Shown here piece after piece: positions 46,115-55,646 of a stretch of DNA of 64,000 nucleotides. The position numbers and the translations under genes are program-made. This stretch comes from Mariniphaga sp. (GTDB lineage Bacteria > Bacteroidota > Bacteroidia > Bacteroidales > Prolixibacteraceae). Where the stretch lies: positions 9,425-73,424 of the forward strand of contig JAQVON010000007.1 of NCBI GenBank assembly GCA_028702595.1. Reading direction: 5' to 3'. The notes under the pieces were generated by a model that was not told the DNA's origin, did no database searches, and saw only the letters and a list, made by a program, of their open reading frames with translations. Position 1 is the stretch's first letter, and each line of letters opens with the position of its first letter.

Positions 46115-48202
46115 GTGGAAAACTTTTTAACAAGATTGAAAAAATACTCCCGGATATTCTATTGGTTTTTTGTCTTTCTGATGACCAGCGTCATGCTTTT
46201 TCTTGTTCTTCCGGGAGAGCCCCGGTTTAAATATGAGTACCAGAAAGGATTCCCCTGGAAGCATGAAACTATCGTTGCTCCTTTCAATTTTGCGATATTG
46301 AAATCTCCCGTGGAGATAGACAAGGAAAAGAAAGAACAAATGAATTTGCTCATTCCTTATTTTACTTATGATACTACACTTGCTGTTCAAAAAATTTCGC
46401 AGTTTGAAAGTGACTGGCATAGTTTTGCACATACTGACACAGCGTTGCAGAAAGCTGTTTTCAGGGAAGTGGCACAGTTCCTGCAGCATATTTATCAGGC
46501 AGGTATCCTTCCTCGTTCGGCTGATACATTCGATGAACTTGCAGGAAAGAATGAGTTGAATAAAAGGGTAGGCAACCGGGTCTCAAAAGTAGCTACGGAA
46601 AAGATATTTTCCGAGAAATCGGCATACCACGAATTCAGGACGCTACTGCAGCAACTGGAAAAACGATTTCCCAAGGAAGCAGTACCCCTGGCAAATATGA
46701 CTCCTGAAAAATACATCACTTCCAATTTAGTTTTTGACGAATTGACAACCCAAAAGGAGAGTGAAGAACTGGTAAAAAATATCTCTGTAACCCGCGGCAT
46801 GGTTCAGGCCGGCGACCGGATTATTTTGGAGAATGAAATGGTCGACGAGGAGAAGTTTCAGGTTTTAGAATCTTTGAAAGAAAGCTATGAACAGGAGAGG
46901 GGTACAGGGATAAACCGCTATATCATATCGGTGGGTAAGGGTACACTGATAGTCGTTCTTATGATTCTGCTCTTTACATTTCTGTATATCTATCGCATGG
47001 ATGTGCTGATGCAGTTTAGCAAACTCTCTTTTCTTCTGCTTTTTATGGTGAGTATCATTTTTATTTCCCATTTGCTTAACTCATTTCCAAATATACATAT
47101 CTACCTCGTTCCGTTTGCGATATTTCCCATCGTAATTCGCACATTTTTCGATTCGCGCACAGCCATATTTACTCTTCTGATTGCTGCACTGGTTACCGGT
47201 TTTTATGCTCCCAATAATTATGAATTCGTATTGCTACAGGTAACTGCCGGAATTGTTGCTGTTTTTAGTCTGAACAGGATGCATCGACGTGGTCACCTGA
47301 TCATGGCTGCTATTTGGGTATTGTTAACCTACATCCTGGTGTTTGCTGCACTTGAAGTGATTTATGAGGGGACTATCCTGACCATTGATTTTAAAATGTT
47401 CCGGTGGTTTATCTTCAGTAGCGTTCTTATCTTATTAATTTACCCCCTGCTATTTATCTTTGAAAAAATTTTCGGATTTGTTTCAGACGTTACTCTCATT
47501 GAGCTGTCAGATACTAACCAGCCTCTGTTGCGAAAACTTGCTGAAGAAGCCCCGGGCACTTTTCAACATTCCATGCAGATTGCTAATCTGGGTGAGGAGA
47601 TTATCCTGAAGATTGGAGGAAACCCATTCCTGGTTCGTGCCGGAGCTCTATATCATGATATTGGCAAGGTTGCCAGCCCGGGTTTTTTTATTGAAAATCA
47701 GGCGCTCGGGATTAATCCTCACGACAATATGAACTACCTGAAAAGTGCTGAAGTGATTATCGATCATGTGAAAAATGGTGTCAAAATGGCAAAACGACAT
47801 AAGCTCCCCGAATCCCTGGTGGAATTTATTGCCACTCATCATGGCACCACAAAAGCACAATATTTTTACCTGAAGCATCAGGAAGAAAATCCCAACGAAA
47901 AAGTCAGGGAAGATTCTTTTATCTATCCCGGCCCTCTTCCCAAAACCAGGGAAGCAGCTGTTGTGATGATCGTCGATGGCATCGAAGCAGCATCAAGAAG
48001 CCTGAAGGAAAAAAATCAGGAAAACCTGAAAGAACTGATTGAGAAAATGGTAGACCAAAAAATCAGGGACAGGCAACTGGAAGAATCGAGCCTTACCTTC
48101 CGTGATATTAAGATTATTAAAGAAACACTGCTCAATAAACTGGTCAATATTTACCATGTGCGGATAGAATATCCAAAAGAGAAAGAAAACAAGGAGAAAT
48201 AA
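46115..48202 (+). CDS. 7TM receptor with intracellular HD/HDIG phosphohydrolase domain (PgpH/YqfF-like)
   Basis: 695 aa with an apparent GTG start. It has an extracellular N-domain, 7 TM helices, and an HD domain (HSMQIANLGEE, ALYHDIGK, THHGT). Confidence 0.8.
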   Translation: MENFLTRLKKYSRIFYWFFVFLMTSVMLFLVLPGEPRFKYEYQKGFPWKHETIVAPFNFAILKSPVEIDKEKKEQMNLLIPYFTYDTTLAVQKISQFESDWHSFAHTDTALQKAVFREVAQFLQHIYQAGILPRSADTFDELAGKNELNKRVGNRVSKVATEKIFSEKSAYHEFRTLLQQLEKRFPKEAVPLANMTPEKYITSNLVFDELTTQKESEELVKNISVTRGMVQAGDRIILENEMVDEEKFQVLESLKESYEQERGTGINRYIISVGKGTLIVVLMILLFTFLYIYRMDVLMQFSKLSFLLLFMVSIIFISHLLNSFPNIHIYLVPFAIFPIVIRTFFDSRTAIFTLLIAALVTGFYAPNNYEFVLLQVTAGIVAVFSLNRMHRRGHLIMAAIWVLLTYILVFAALEVIYEGTILTIDFKMFRWFIFSSVLILLIYPLLFIFEKIFGFVSDVTLIELSDTNQPLLRKLAEEAPGTFQHSMQIANLGEEIILKIGGNPFLVRAGALYHDIGKVASPGFFIENQALGINPHDNMNYLKSAEVIIDHVKNGVKMAKRHKLPESLVEFIATHHGTTKAQYFYLKHQEENPNEKVREDSFIYPGPLPKTREAAVVMIVDGIEAASRSLKEKNQENLKELIEKMVDQKIRDRQLEESSLTFRDIKIIKETLLNKLVNIYHVRIEYPKEKENKEK

Positions 48203-48222
48203 CCCTGAGATTTGTTAGTTTT

Positions 48223-49707
48223 GTGGCGAAATTTTTAGCTTTTACTGAAGTGATCAAGGTACGAAATAATATTTTTTTTCTTTTGCTGACAGCCGGGATA
48301 ATTTTCTCCTGTAAGGAGCCTCCGTTGCCTTTGCCTCAACCCGGAACCGGACAGGACCCCGTAAATGAGGATGAACAGGAGACCACGGAATTAACTATTA
48401 AAATCAACCGGTTTATTCAATATGTAATGAAAGATATTTACCTCTGGAGCAGTCAGCTTCCACCGATTGATATCCGGTATGAACCTGATCCGAAAGATTA
48501 TTTTGATAAATTATTATTCAAGGAAGATAAGTGGTCCTATATTACCGATGATATTATTGCTCTGGAAAAAAGTTTTAACGGGGTAGAAACCACTTTTGGG
48601 TACTCCCTTGCTTTTGGCCGGTTTATTGATACCCAGGATATTTTTGCAGTGGTTGAATATGTTTATCCGGGTACTCCCGCTGCTAACGCCGGACTAAAAA
48701 GAGGAGATTTGATTTTTTTAATGAATAATGCTCCTGTAAATATGAATAATTACCTTGATCTATTATACGCCCGGACTCTTGCTGTTACTTTTGGCAAGTA
48801 CTCGGAAGACCTGGGGATTCATGATATAAAGGATGTGAGTATGGAAGCCAGAGAGCTTAATCTTGACCCTGTACTTATTTCGGATGTAATTGAACACGAA
48901 GGGCATAAAATTGGGTACCTGTTTTATACACAATATATTCAGAAGTATAATGCAAGTCTCGATTCGGCATTCAAGCTGTTTCTGGATGAGGACATTTCTG
49001 CACTGGTGATTGATTTGCGCTATAACCCAGGTGGCGTTGTTACTGCAGCTCAATATCTTTGTAGCTCAGTAGCCCCGTTGAGTGTAGTGAATGGTGAAAA
49101 GACACTGGTTACTTACCAATGGAATGATAAATACCAATATATTTGGAAGTTTACAAATAACCGGCCTCAAGTTGAAGAAAAGTTTATGGCTACCACAACC
49201 TATCAGCTGGGTCTGAATAAAATTTATTTCCTCACAGGTGATGGTACTGCCTCTGCGTCGGAGCTTACAATTACAGGTCTGCGCCCCTATATGCAGGTGA
49301 TTACTGTCGGGGAAACAACCTATGGCAAATATACCGGCTCGTGGACAATTAAACCGGAAGATTATTACAGGGATACCACGTATTATACTGACTTTGCTAA
49401 CTGGGGATTACAGCCTATTATTCTTCGTTTTGCCAACTCTTTGGGTGTTACTGATTTTAAAGATGGTTTTTATCCTGATATTCCTGCTGAGGATGTTCTG
49501 CTTGGTGCTTTTCCTTTGGGTGATAAAGATGAACCCCTATTGAAGAAAGCCATTGAAGATATTAGCGGAACTCCTGTTCTTGCCAGGAAAAAGGCAGTAA
49601 TCAAAGCCCCTTATGCCATTTTTGACCGGGGATTTTCGAGGTTTGATGCCAATAAAAGGGAATTGTTATTTGATGATATCCCTGTTCAACATCTCGATCA
49701 GAAGTAG
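48223..49707 (+). CDS. S41 family (C-terminal processing/tail-specific-like) peptidase with PDZ domain, lipoprotein
   Basis: 494 aa with an apparent GTG start; the exact start is uncertain. The signal is ...LLLTAGIIFSC. It has a PDZ domain (GTPAANAGLKRGDLIFLMNNAPV) and S41 blocks (LVIDLRYNPGGV, TASASELTITGL). Confidence 0.8.
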   Translation: MAKFLAFTEVIKVRNNIFFLLLTAGIIFSCKEPPLPLPQPGTGQDPVNEDEQETTELTIKINRFIQYVMKDIYLWSSQLPPIDIRYEPDPKDYFDKLLFKEDKWSYITDDIIALEKSFNGVETTFGYSLAFGRFIDTQDIFAVVEYVYPGTPAANAGLKRGDLIFLMNNAPVNMNNYLDLLYARTLAVTFGKYSEDLGIHDIKDVSMEARELNLDPVLISDVIEHEGHKIGYLFYTQYIQKYNASLDSAFKLFLDEDISALVIDLRYNPGGVVTAAQYLCSSVAPLSVVNGEKTLVTYQWNDKYQYIWKFTNNRPQVEEKFMATTTYQLGLNKIYFLTGDGTASASELTITGLRPYMQVITVGETTYGKYTGSWTIKPEDYYRDTTYYTDFANWGLQPIILRFANSLGVTDFKDGFYPDIPAEDVLLGAFPLGDKDEPLLKKAIEDISGTPVLARKKAVIKAPYAIFDRGFSRFDANKRELLFDDIPVQHLDQK

Positions 49708-49714
49708 TTATTTT

Positions 49715-50452
49715 TTACTGTGCAGGTTGTTCCTGTACCACTGATCCCAGTCCTTCTATGTCTTTTGTAACCTGTGGATTTCCTTTGTATTTAATTTTTC
49801 CGGCACCCCGGATTACAACATGTAATGAATTGGTAGCGTGAACTTTAGCCGTTCCAATGCCTTCAATTCTGAAATTTACTTCTCTTGCTTTTAATTCTTC
49901 GGCCTGAATATGGCCTGCTCCGGCAAGCCTGACGTCAAAATTTTCGGTTACTCCACTGAGTTTGCATAATACCCCTCCTTTGTTTTCAAGGTTAATCTTG
50001 TTGGCTTTCAGTGAAATATCAGTTTTTGCACCGCCTTCCAATAACAAATCAAGGTCGTCGAATTCAAGGTATCCCCGGGTTTCGAGCTGAATACTTCCAA
50101 AAATCTGCAGGTACTCCAGTTCATCGATGGTAACAAAAAGAGTTATTTTGCTCAAATCAAAAGGCTTGCGGTCAACATGCAGGTGAAGCAACCCCCTTTC
50201 GTTTGTAATCGTCAGGTATTCAAACGCTTTTGGATCAGAAACCCTGATCTCCAATCCAGGCTCATCTCCCTGCAGAAGTTGAACCCCAAATGCGCCTTCT
50301 AATAACAGTCCCTTAAACTGTCCCGTTTTATAGGTTTTAGAAGACCATCCTTCATCCTGACTTAACCCGTTTAATGGGTTGATAATAACCAGGAAAAGAG
50401 AAACAATGAATCCTAACCCGAATTTCTTAAAAGTGTTTAACCCTGTTTGCAT
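49715..50452 (-). CDS. DUF2807 / head GIN domain-containing protein (beta-helix)
   Basis: The ORF track gives 49715..50503, but its first 8 codons (MDKFKTVS) come from the MITE. I start at ATG 50452 (MQTGLNTFKKFGLGFIVSLFLVIINP). It has a repetitive G-rich beta-helix and ends in the typical motif IRGAGKIKYKGNPQV. Confidence 0.7.
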   Translation of the reverse strand: MQTGLNTFKKFGLGFIVSLFLVIINPLNGLSQDEGWSSKTYKTGQFKGLLLEGAFGVQLLQGDEPGLEIRVSDPKAFEYLTITNERGLLHLHVDRKPFDLSKITLFVTIDELEYLQIFGSIQLETRGYLEFDDLDLLLEGGAKTDISLKANKINLENKGGVLCKLSGVTENFDVRLAGAGHIQAEELKAREVNFRIEGIGTAKVHATNSLHVVIRGAGKIKYKGNPQVTKDIEGLGSVVQEQPAQ

Positions 50453-50480
50453 CTGTATAAAATTTATTTCAATGTATTTA

Positions 50481-50641
50481 GAGACTGTTTTAAATTTATC
50501 CATTTATTCTATTTTGCGTCTTTTTTCACTCATACTGCTGCAAAATTTCCTTAAATAGCTATGGCTATTCGCGTCAATTTTGCCTTGTCTGAGCAAAAAA
50601 CAGATCAAAATATTTCTAAAAAACAAAATCAAAACAGTCTC
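50481..50641 (+). mobile_element. MITE-like non-autonomous element, copy 5 (161 bp)
   Basis: It has the same termini as the other copies. It is flanked by TTA (50478-50480) and TTA (50642-50644). Confidence 0.85.
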
Positions 50642-50660
50642 TTAAAAATGACTGGAATGA

Positions 50661-51251
50661 TTATGTCTGTTTTTCAAGCTTGAGAACAAAAATCAATCCA
50701 TAAATAACCAAAAGGTAGATTACAACTATGATAAACCAGTCCATGAGTACCAACCGGGTAACAGGAACTAGTCCTGACAGAAAAAAAACGAATGATAGTC
50801 CTGTCATGATTAAAAGAACCTTCACAGCCCGGGGATTAATTTTCCGGATCATCCATGCTGATATCGCGATCCAGATTATTCCAAAGGACAGTGCCACAAT
50901 TCCTTCCCAATTGAATCCTGTTTTCAGACGAAACAGACCCAGGATAACCGGAATGATGCCTGTGATGAACAGTGAACGTCCTATACTTCGTTTTATTTTT
51001 CTTTTGCTTTCCGTATTTTCAATATTAGGAAAAAGTTTTGACTTCACGGGTTCTGAGCGAAACCGCGGACTCAGTAAATCCTCTTCTGACCGGATAATAT
51101 TCCTTTTGATTGCCTCCTGAATAGCCAGGTCAACTGCTTCCTTCTGATAATGATCCCGCTTTCTTAAACAAGCAATCAGCTGTTCATCATGAAAACTTTC
51201 TATGGTTTCTGAAAAAGATTTTTTTTGATCACCAGCGGATTTTTTAAACAT
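50661..51251 (-). CDS. Hypothetical membrane protein (soluble N-domain plus ~4 TM helices)
   Basis: 196 aa with a charged N-terminal ~90 aa followed by hydrophobic helices. No recognisable motif. Confidence 0.5.
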   Translation of the reverse strand: MFKKSAGDQKKSFSETIESFHDEQLIACLRKRDHYQKEAVDLAIQEAIKRNIIRSEEDLLSPRFRSEPVKSKLFPNIENTESKRKIKRSIGRSLFITGIIPVILGLFRLKTGFNWEGIVALSFGIIWIAISAWMIRKINPRAVKVLLIMTGLSFVFFLSGLVPVTRLVLMDWFIIVVIYLLVIYGLIFVLKLEKQT

Positions 51252-51327
51252 GTTAAATATTTTTATCTTGTCAACAAATTAGAAAAATAATTGTATTTAA
51301 TAGTAGATACAACTTAAAAATTTCAAT

Positions 51328-52488
51328 ATGTATAATTTTGAATACACGAATCCGGTAAAAATAATATTTGGCAAAGAAAGTATTTCCCGGCTGAAAAATG
51401 AAATTCCTCAGGGGTCCAGGGTGTTAATGCTATATGGTGGAGGAAGCATCAAAGGCAACGGGGTTTACCAACAGGTTAAGGCATCGTTGAAAGATTTTGA
51501 TCACCTGGAGTTTGCCGGGATTGAGCCGAATCCTCGTTATGAGACCTGCATGAAGGCCATAGAGATGGTCAGGCGTGAGAACATTGATTTTTTACTGGCT
51601 GTGGGGGGTGGATCGGTGATTGATGCCACAAAATTTGTAGCAGCCGGAGCACTTTATTCAGGAGATGATCCCTGGGATTTTTTTTCTCAGCGGTATATCA
51701 TTGAACCTGAAGATGCTCTTCCGATTGGCGCTGTTCTTACCCTTCCGGCTACAGGTTCTGAAATGAACGGAAACACGGTGGTTACACGTGAATCTACCCG
51801 TGAGAAGTTGTCCTTTGGTTCACCAAAAGTGCTGCCCGGGTTTTCCATACTGGATCCGGTCACTGTATTTTCTCTGCCTGACAAACAGGTGGCGAACGGC
51901 GTTGTGGATGCGTTTATTCATGTGATGGAACAATACCTTACTTTCCCTGTAAATGCACCTTTGCAGGACCGGTTTGCTGAAAGCATCCTGCAAACGCTTA
52001 TTGAAGAAGGACCAAAGGTGCTGGGCAACCGACAGGATTATGATGCTGCGGCCAATTTTATGTGGTCAGCAACCCTGGCCCTGAACGGATTGATTGCCAC
52101 GGGGGTGCCACAGGACTGGTCAACTCACCTGATTGGACATGAGTTGACTGCATTTCATGGTATTGACCACGCCCGCACCCTGGCTGTTGTACTTCCCGGA
52201 GTGATGAATTTAAAACGCAAAAGTAAACAGGATAAGATTTTACAATTCGGAGAAAGGATTTGGGGAATCAAGGAAGGAACCATCGATGAACGGATTGACC
52301 AAACCATTTCCAGAACAGTTTCATTTTTCGAATCCCTGGGTGTTCCCTGTAGATTGAGCGAATACGGAGTGCCTGAGGAAACCATCAGGAAAATATCTGA
52401 ACGCTTCAAAAAGCGCGGTAGTAAATTGGGAGAGAAGGAAGATATCGACTACAGCCAGGTAGAAAAAATCCTGTTCGACAGGATGTAA
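51328..52488 (+). CDS. Iron-containing (group III) alcohol dehydrogenase, YqhD/butanol dehydrogenase-like
   Basis: 386 aa with GGGSVIDATK, TLPATGSEMN and His-rich metal site (HLIGHELT). Confidence 0.9.
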   Translation: MYNFEYTNPVKIIFGKESISRLKNEIPQGSRVLMLYGGGSIKGNGVYQQVKASLKDFDHLEFAGIEPNPRYETCMKAIEMVRRENIDFLLAVGGGSVIDATKFVAAGALYSGDDPWDFFSQRYIIEPEDALPIGAVLTLPATGSEMNGNTVVTRESTREKLSFGSPKVLPGFSILDPVTVFSLPDKQVANGVVDAFIHVMEQYLTFPVNAPLQDRFAESILQTLIEEGPKVLGNRQDYDAAANFMWSATLALNGLIATGVPQDWSTHLIGHELTAFHGIDHARTLAVVLPGVMNLKRKSKQDKILQFGERIWGIKEGTIDERIDQTISRTVSFFESLGVPCRLSEYGVPEETIRKISERFKKRGSKLGEKEDIDYSQVEKILFDRM

Positions 52489-52581
52489 CAACCATCATCT
52501 GTATGTAGCTACCAACTTCTGATACACCGTTTTCTGTCTTGCCGCTATTCCGAAAAAGGAAGTAATCATTACGGGAAACGG

Positions 52582-55509
52582 TTATTCAGGAGCCAGGGCA
52601 TCGTATAAAACTTCAACCGGGTGCAGGGCTTTTCTCCCTGTCCCGTCCTTGATCTGATGCCGGCATGAGGTTCCCGGGGCACAGATAATCGTTTCTTCCG
52701 CAGCTTGTCTGACAGCAGGAAAAAGTATCAGTTCGCCAATCTTCATGGAGAGCTCAACATGTTCTTTTTCATACCCGAATGAACCAGCCATACCGCAGCA
52801 ACCTGAAGGGATCTCTTTGATCGTATAGTTTTTGGGCAGAGTAAGCATACGTTTGGTGGAGTCGGTGCTGGCAACTGCTTTTTGTTGGCAGTGGCCATGC
52901 AAAAGGATGTTTTTTTTCTCTGTTGTAAACGGCTCCGGGGTGATGTTTCCCTTTTTAATTTCTGTAGCTATAAACTCATCAAACATCAGGGCTTGGGTTC
53001 CCAGTTGTTCTGCTGCCGGCTGTAACGCTTTATCCACCAATTCCGGGTATTCATCGCGGAAGGCAAGGATTGCAGAGGGTTCAATGCCGATCAAGGGTGT
53101 CTCTTCTGAGATCATATCTTTGAGCAGAGTGACATTTTCATTGGCAATCTTTTGAGAGGTATGTATCAGTCCTTTCGAAAGAAAAGTACGCCCGCTCTCC
53201 CTGTGCACGGGTATTTTTACTTCATACCCCAGCCGGGTAAGCAGCAGGATGGCTTTGATCCCTATATCGCTCTCGTTGTAATTGGTAAACTCATCATTAA
53301 AAAGATATACTTTTCCTTTTGACGGTTGATCTGAATGAGGTATTCCGTTTGCAACACGTCGGTTGAGTGTGATTTTTGATAAGGCGGGCAGATTACGTTG
53401 CGGGGCCATTCCGATAGCTTTTTTAAACACCCGTGTTTTCATCACCAGGTTGGCTATGGGTTGCACTATCATCGCCAGTTTATTCAGCCGGGGCAGATAA
53501 GCAACCAGCCGCGAACGCAGGGGAATGCCATGAATATCGTAATAATGCTGAAGGAATTCGGCTTTTAGTTTGGCCATATCCACATTCGACGGGCATTCTG
53601 ATTTGCAGGCTTTACAGGAGAGGCACAAATCGAGTATTTCATAAATTTCCCGGTGGTCAAAAGGATTTTTTTTCTCGTTGGAATAGAGGAATTCACGGAG
53701 AATGTTGGCTCTTCCCCGTGTCGTTTTATCTTCGTCGCGGGTAGCCATATAGGTAGGGCACATAGTCCCGCCAATGATGCTACTTTTACGACAATCGCCT
53801 GATCCATTGCATTTCTCAATGCTGCGGAAGAAACCCATGTTCTTTGAAAAGTCGAAAATCGTATCAAATTTCGGCGTGGGTTTCCCTGGTTCTACGCGTA
53901 GCTTTTCAGTGATAGGAGGGGTATCGGTAATTTTCCCGGGATTCAGGATATTCTCCGGATCCCATGTTTTTTTCAGCCTTTTCAGGAGTTGGTAGTTGTG
54001 TTCACCCAGCATGAAGGGGATAAACTTCCCCCTGGCTCTTCCGTCACCATGTTCGCCACTCAATGATCCGCGGAATTGTTTCACCAGGGCTGCCATTTCA
54101 GTCATGAGCTGGTCAAACAGCTTCACATCGGCTGAATCTTTGAAATTCAGCAGGGGGCGAAAATGGATTTCCCCGGTTGCCACGTGGGCATAAAAAACGC
54201 TTGTCAGCCCTAGTTTGGAGAGCATCTTTTTGAATTCAATGATAAACGCGGGCAGGTTTTCCGGAGGAATAGCCGAATCTTCAATGCCAGCAACCCCTTT
54301 CCGGTCGCCGGGAACATTGGATAGCAGTCCCAGGCCTGCAGTTCGCAATGACCATACCCGTTTGATGTTGTCAGCACCCGTGACCAATGGGTAGTGATAA
54401 CCCAGTCCTGCCGTCTGTAAGTCGTTTTCCAAAGCTGCCGCTTTTACCCGCAGTTCCTCTTCTGTTTCACAGGCAAATTCAATCATCAGCAATGCTCCCG
54501 GATCGCCCTGGATGAAAAAGCGGTTTTTCCGTTGTTCAATGTTTTCCTTGGTACACTGCATAATGATGTCATCCATCAGCTCAATCGCCCCGGGATGATG
54601 TTTCAATGCCACCAGGTTGCCTTCCAGCGATTCTTCAACGGTGCGGAAGTGGGCACATAACAGTCCTTTGTGTTTAGGTGGAAGAGGTATGAGATTTATC
54701 TTAATCCGGTAGGTGAACGCAAGGGTACCTTCTGAACCGGCAAGCAGTTTCGAGAAGTTGAAAGCATCTCCCCCCGGAGTGAAAATTTCTGAATTCAGCA
54801 AAACATCTATGGCATAACCCATATTACGCCGGGTGAGCTTTGGATCGGGAAACTGATCACGGATCTCTTTCTGGTTCTCAGGATTGGAAAGTATTTCGTA
54901 GATGTTCGTATAAATAGCCTTCTCCAGGGGATTGCCATGGCCATTCATTTTTTGATGAAACTCATCGGGCGACAAGGCTTTGAAAGTAACTTCAGACCCA
55001 TCAGAAAGAATGGTATCAACCTCCAGGATGTGATCGCGGACGCTGCCGTAAATGAGGGAATGTAATCCACACGAGTTGTTACCGAGCATGCCTCCAATAA
55101 CACATCGGTTAGCGGTAGATGTTTCAGGTCCGAACTGAAGTCCGTAGGGCGCTAACTGCTGGTTTAATTCGGCCGGGATAACTCCGGGTTCCACAAGGGC
55201 ATAATGCTCTTCGGAGTTGATCTCCAGAATTTTATTCATGTATTTTGAAACATCAACGACAATTCCGGGACCAACAACCTGTCCGGCAAGTGATGTGCCT
55301 CCTCCTCTTGGAATTACCGATGTGTGCGTTTCCCTTGCAAACGCGATAATTTTCCGGATGTCTTCTTTATCCCGGGGACGGGTTACTGCCAGCGGCATTT
55401 CTTTGTATTGCGAGGCATCGGTGGAATAAAGCACCCGATAAACCTGATCTGTAAACAGGTCACCGGAAAGTTTTGATTTAAGTGCGTTGAACCGGTCAAT
55501 GGATATCAT
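52582..55509 (-). CDS. Fused FAD-linked oxidase / (Fe-S) CCG-domain oxidoreductase (YdiJ-like, GlcD-GlcF-type fusion)
   Basis: The ORF track gives 52582..55569. I prefer ATG 55509 (MISIDRFNALKSKL). It has FAD-binding PCMH (PRGGGTSLAGQ), a ferredoxin-type cluster (CLSCKACKSECP) and a CCG motif (CCGMAGSFG). Confidence 0.85.
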   Translation of the reverse strand: MISIDRFNALKSKLSGDLFTDQVYRVLYSTDASQYKEMPLAVTRPRDKEDIRKIIAFARETHTSVIPRGGGTSLAGQVVGPGIVVDVSKYMNKILEINSEEHYALVEPGVIPAELNQQLAPYGLQFGPETSTANRCVIGGMLGNNSCGLHSLIYGSVRDHILEVDTILSDGSEVTFKALSPDEFHQKMNGHGNPLEKAIYTNIYEILSNPENQKEIRDQFPDPKLTRRNMGYAIDVLLNSEIFTPGGDAFNFSKLLAGSEGTLAFTYRIKINLIPLPPKHKGLLCAHFRTVEESLEGNLVALKHHPGAIELMDDIIMQCTKENIEQRKNRFFIQGDPGALLMIEFACETEEELRVKAAALENDLQTAGLGYHYPLVTGADNIKRVWSLRTAGLGLLSNVPGDRKGVAGIEDSAIPPENLPAFIIEFKKMLSKLGLTSVFYAHVATGEIHFRPLLNFKDSADVKLFDQLMTEMAALVKQFRGSLSGEHGDGRARGKFIPFMLGEHNYQLLKRLKKTWDPENILNPGKITDTPPITEKLRVEPGKPTPKFDTIFDFSKNMGFFRSIEKCNGSGDCRKSSIIGGTMCPTYMATRDEDKTTRGRANILREFLYSNEKKNPFDHREIYEILDLCLSCKACKSECPSNVDMAKLKAEFLQHYYDIHGIPLRSRLVAYLPRLNKLAMIVQPIANLVMKTRVFKKAIGMAPQRNLPALSKITLNRRVANGIPHSDQPSKGKVYLFNDEFTNYNESDIGIKAILLLTRLGYEVKIPVHRESGRTFLSKGLIHTSQKIANENVTLLKDMISEETPLIGIEPSAILAFRDEYPELVDKALQPAAEQLGTQALMFDEFIATEIKKGNITPEPFTTEKKNILLHGHCQQKAVASTDSTKRMLTLPKNYTIKEIPSGCCGMAGSFGYEKEHVELSMKIGELILFPAVRQAAEETIICAPGTSCRHQIKDGTGRKALHPVEVLYDALAPE

Positions 55510-55646
55510 GAATTTTGTTTTTATAAGACAAATATAGGAACAACTGAGCGATTTTCCTCTGCTCCTCACTCCTTGCGTAAGTTTTATTTATCATTTTTAT
55601 TCCGGTAAAGTCCGGGGCTTTTTTTCATACGCAACGATTCTGCATT

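Noticed and set aside
50561-50641. A short ORF inside the MITE begins ATGGCTATTCGC (MAIRVNFALSEQK...).
   Set aside because: The A-run after GAGC is 5 nt in copies 2, 3 and 4 but 6 nt in copies 1 and 5, so the reading frame is not conserved between copies. The end point also depends on the flanking DNA. It is not a credible gene.
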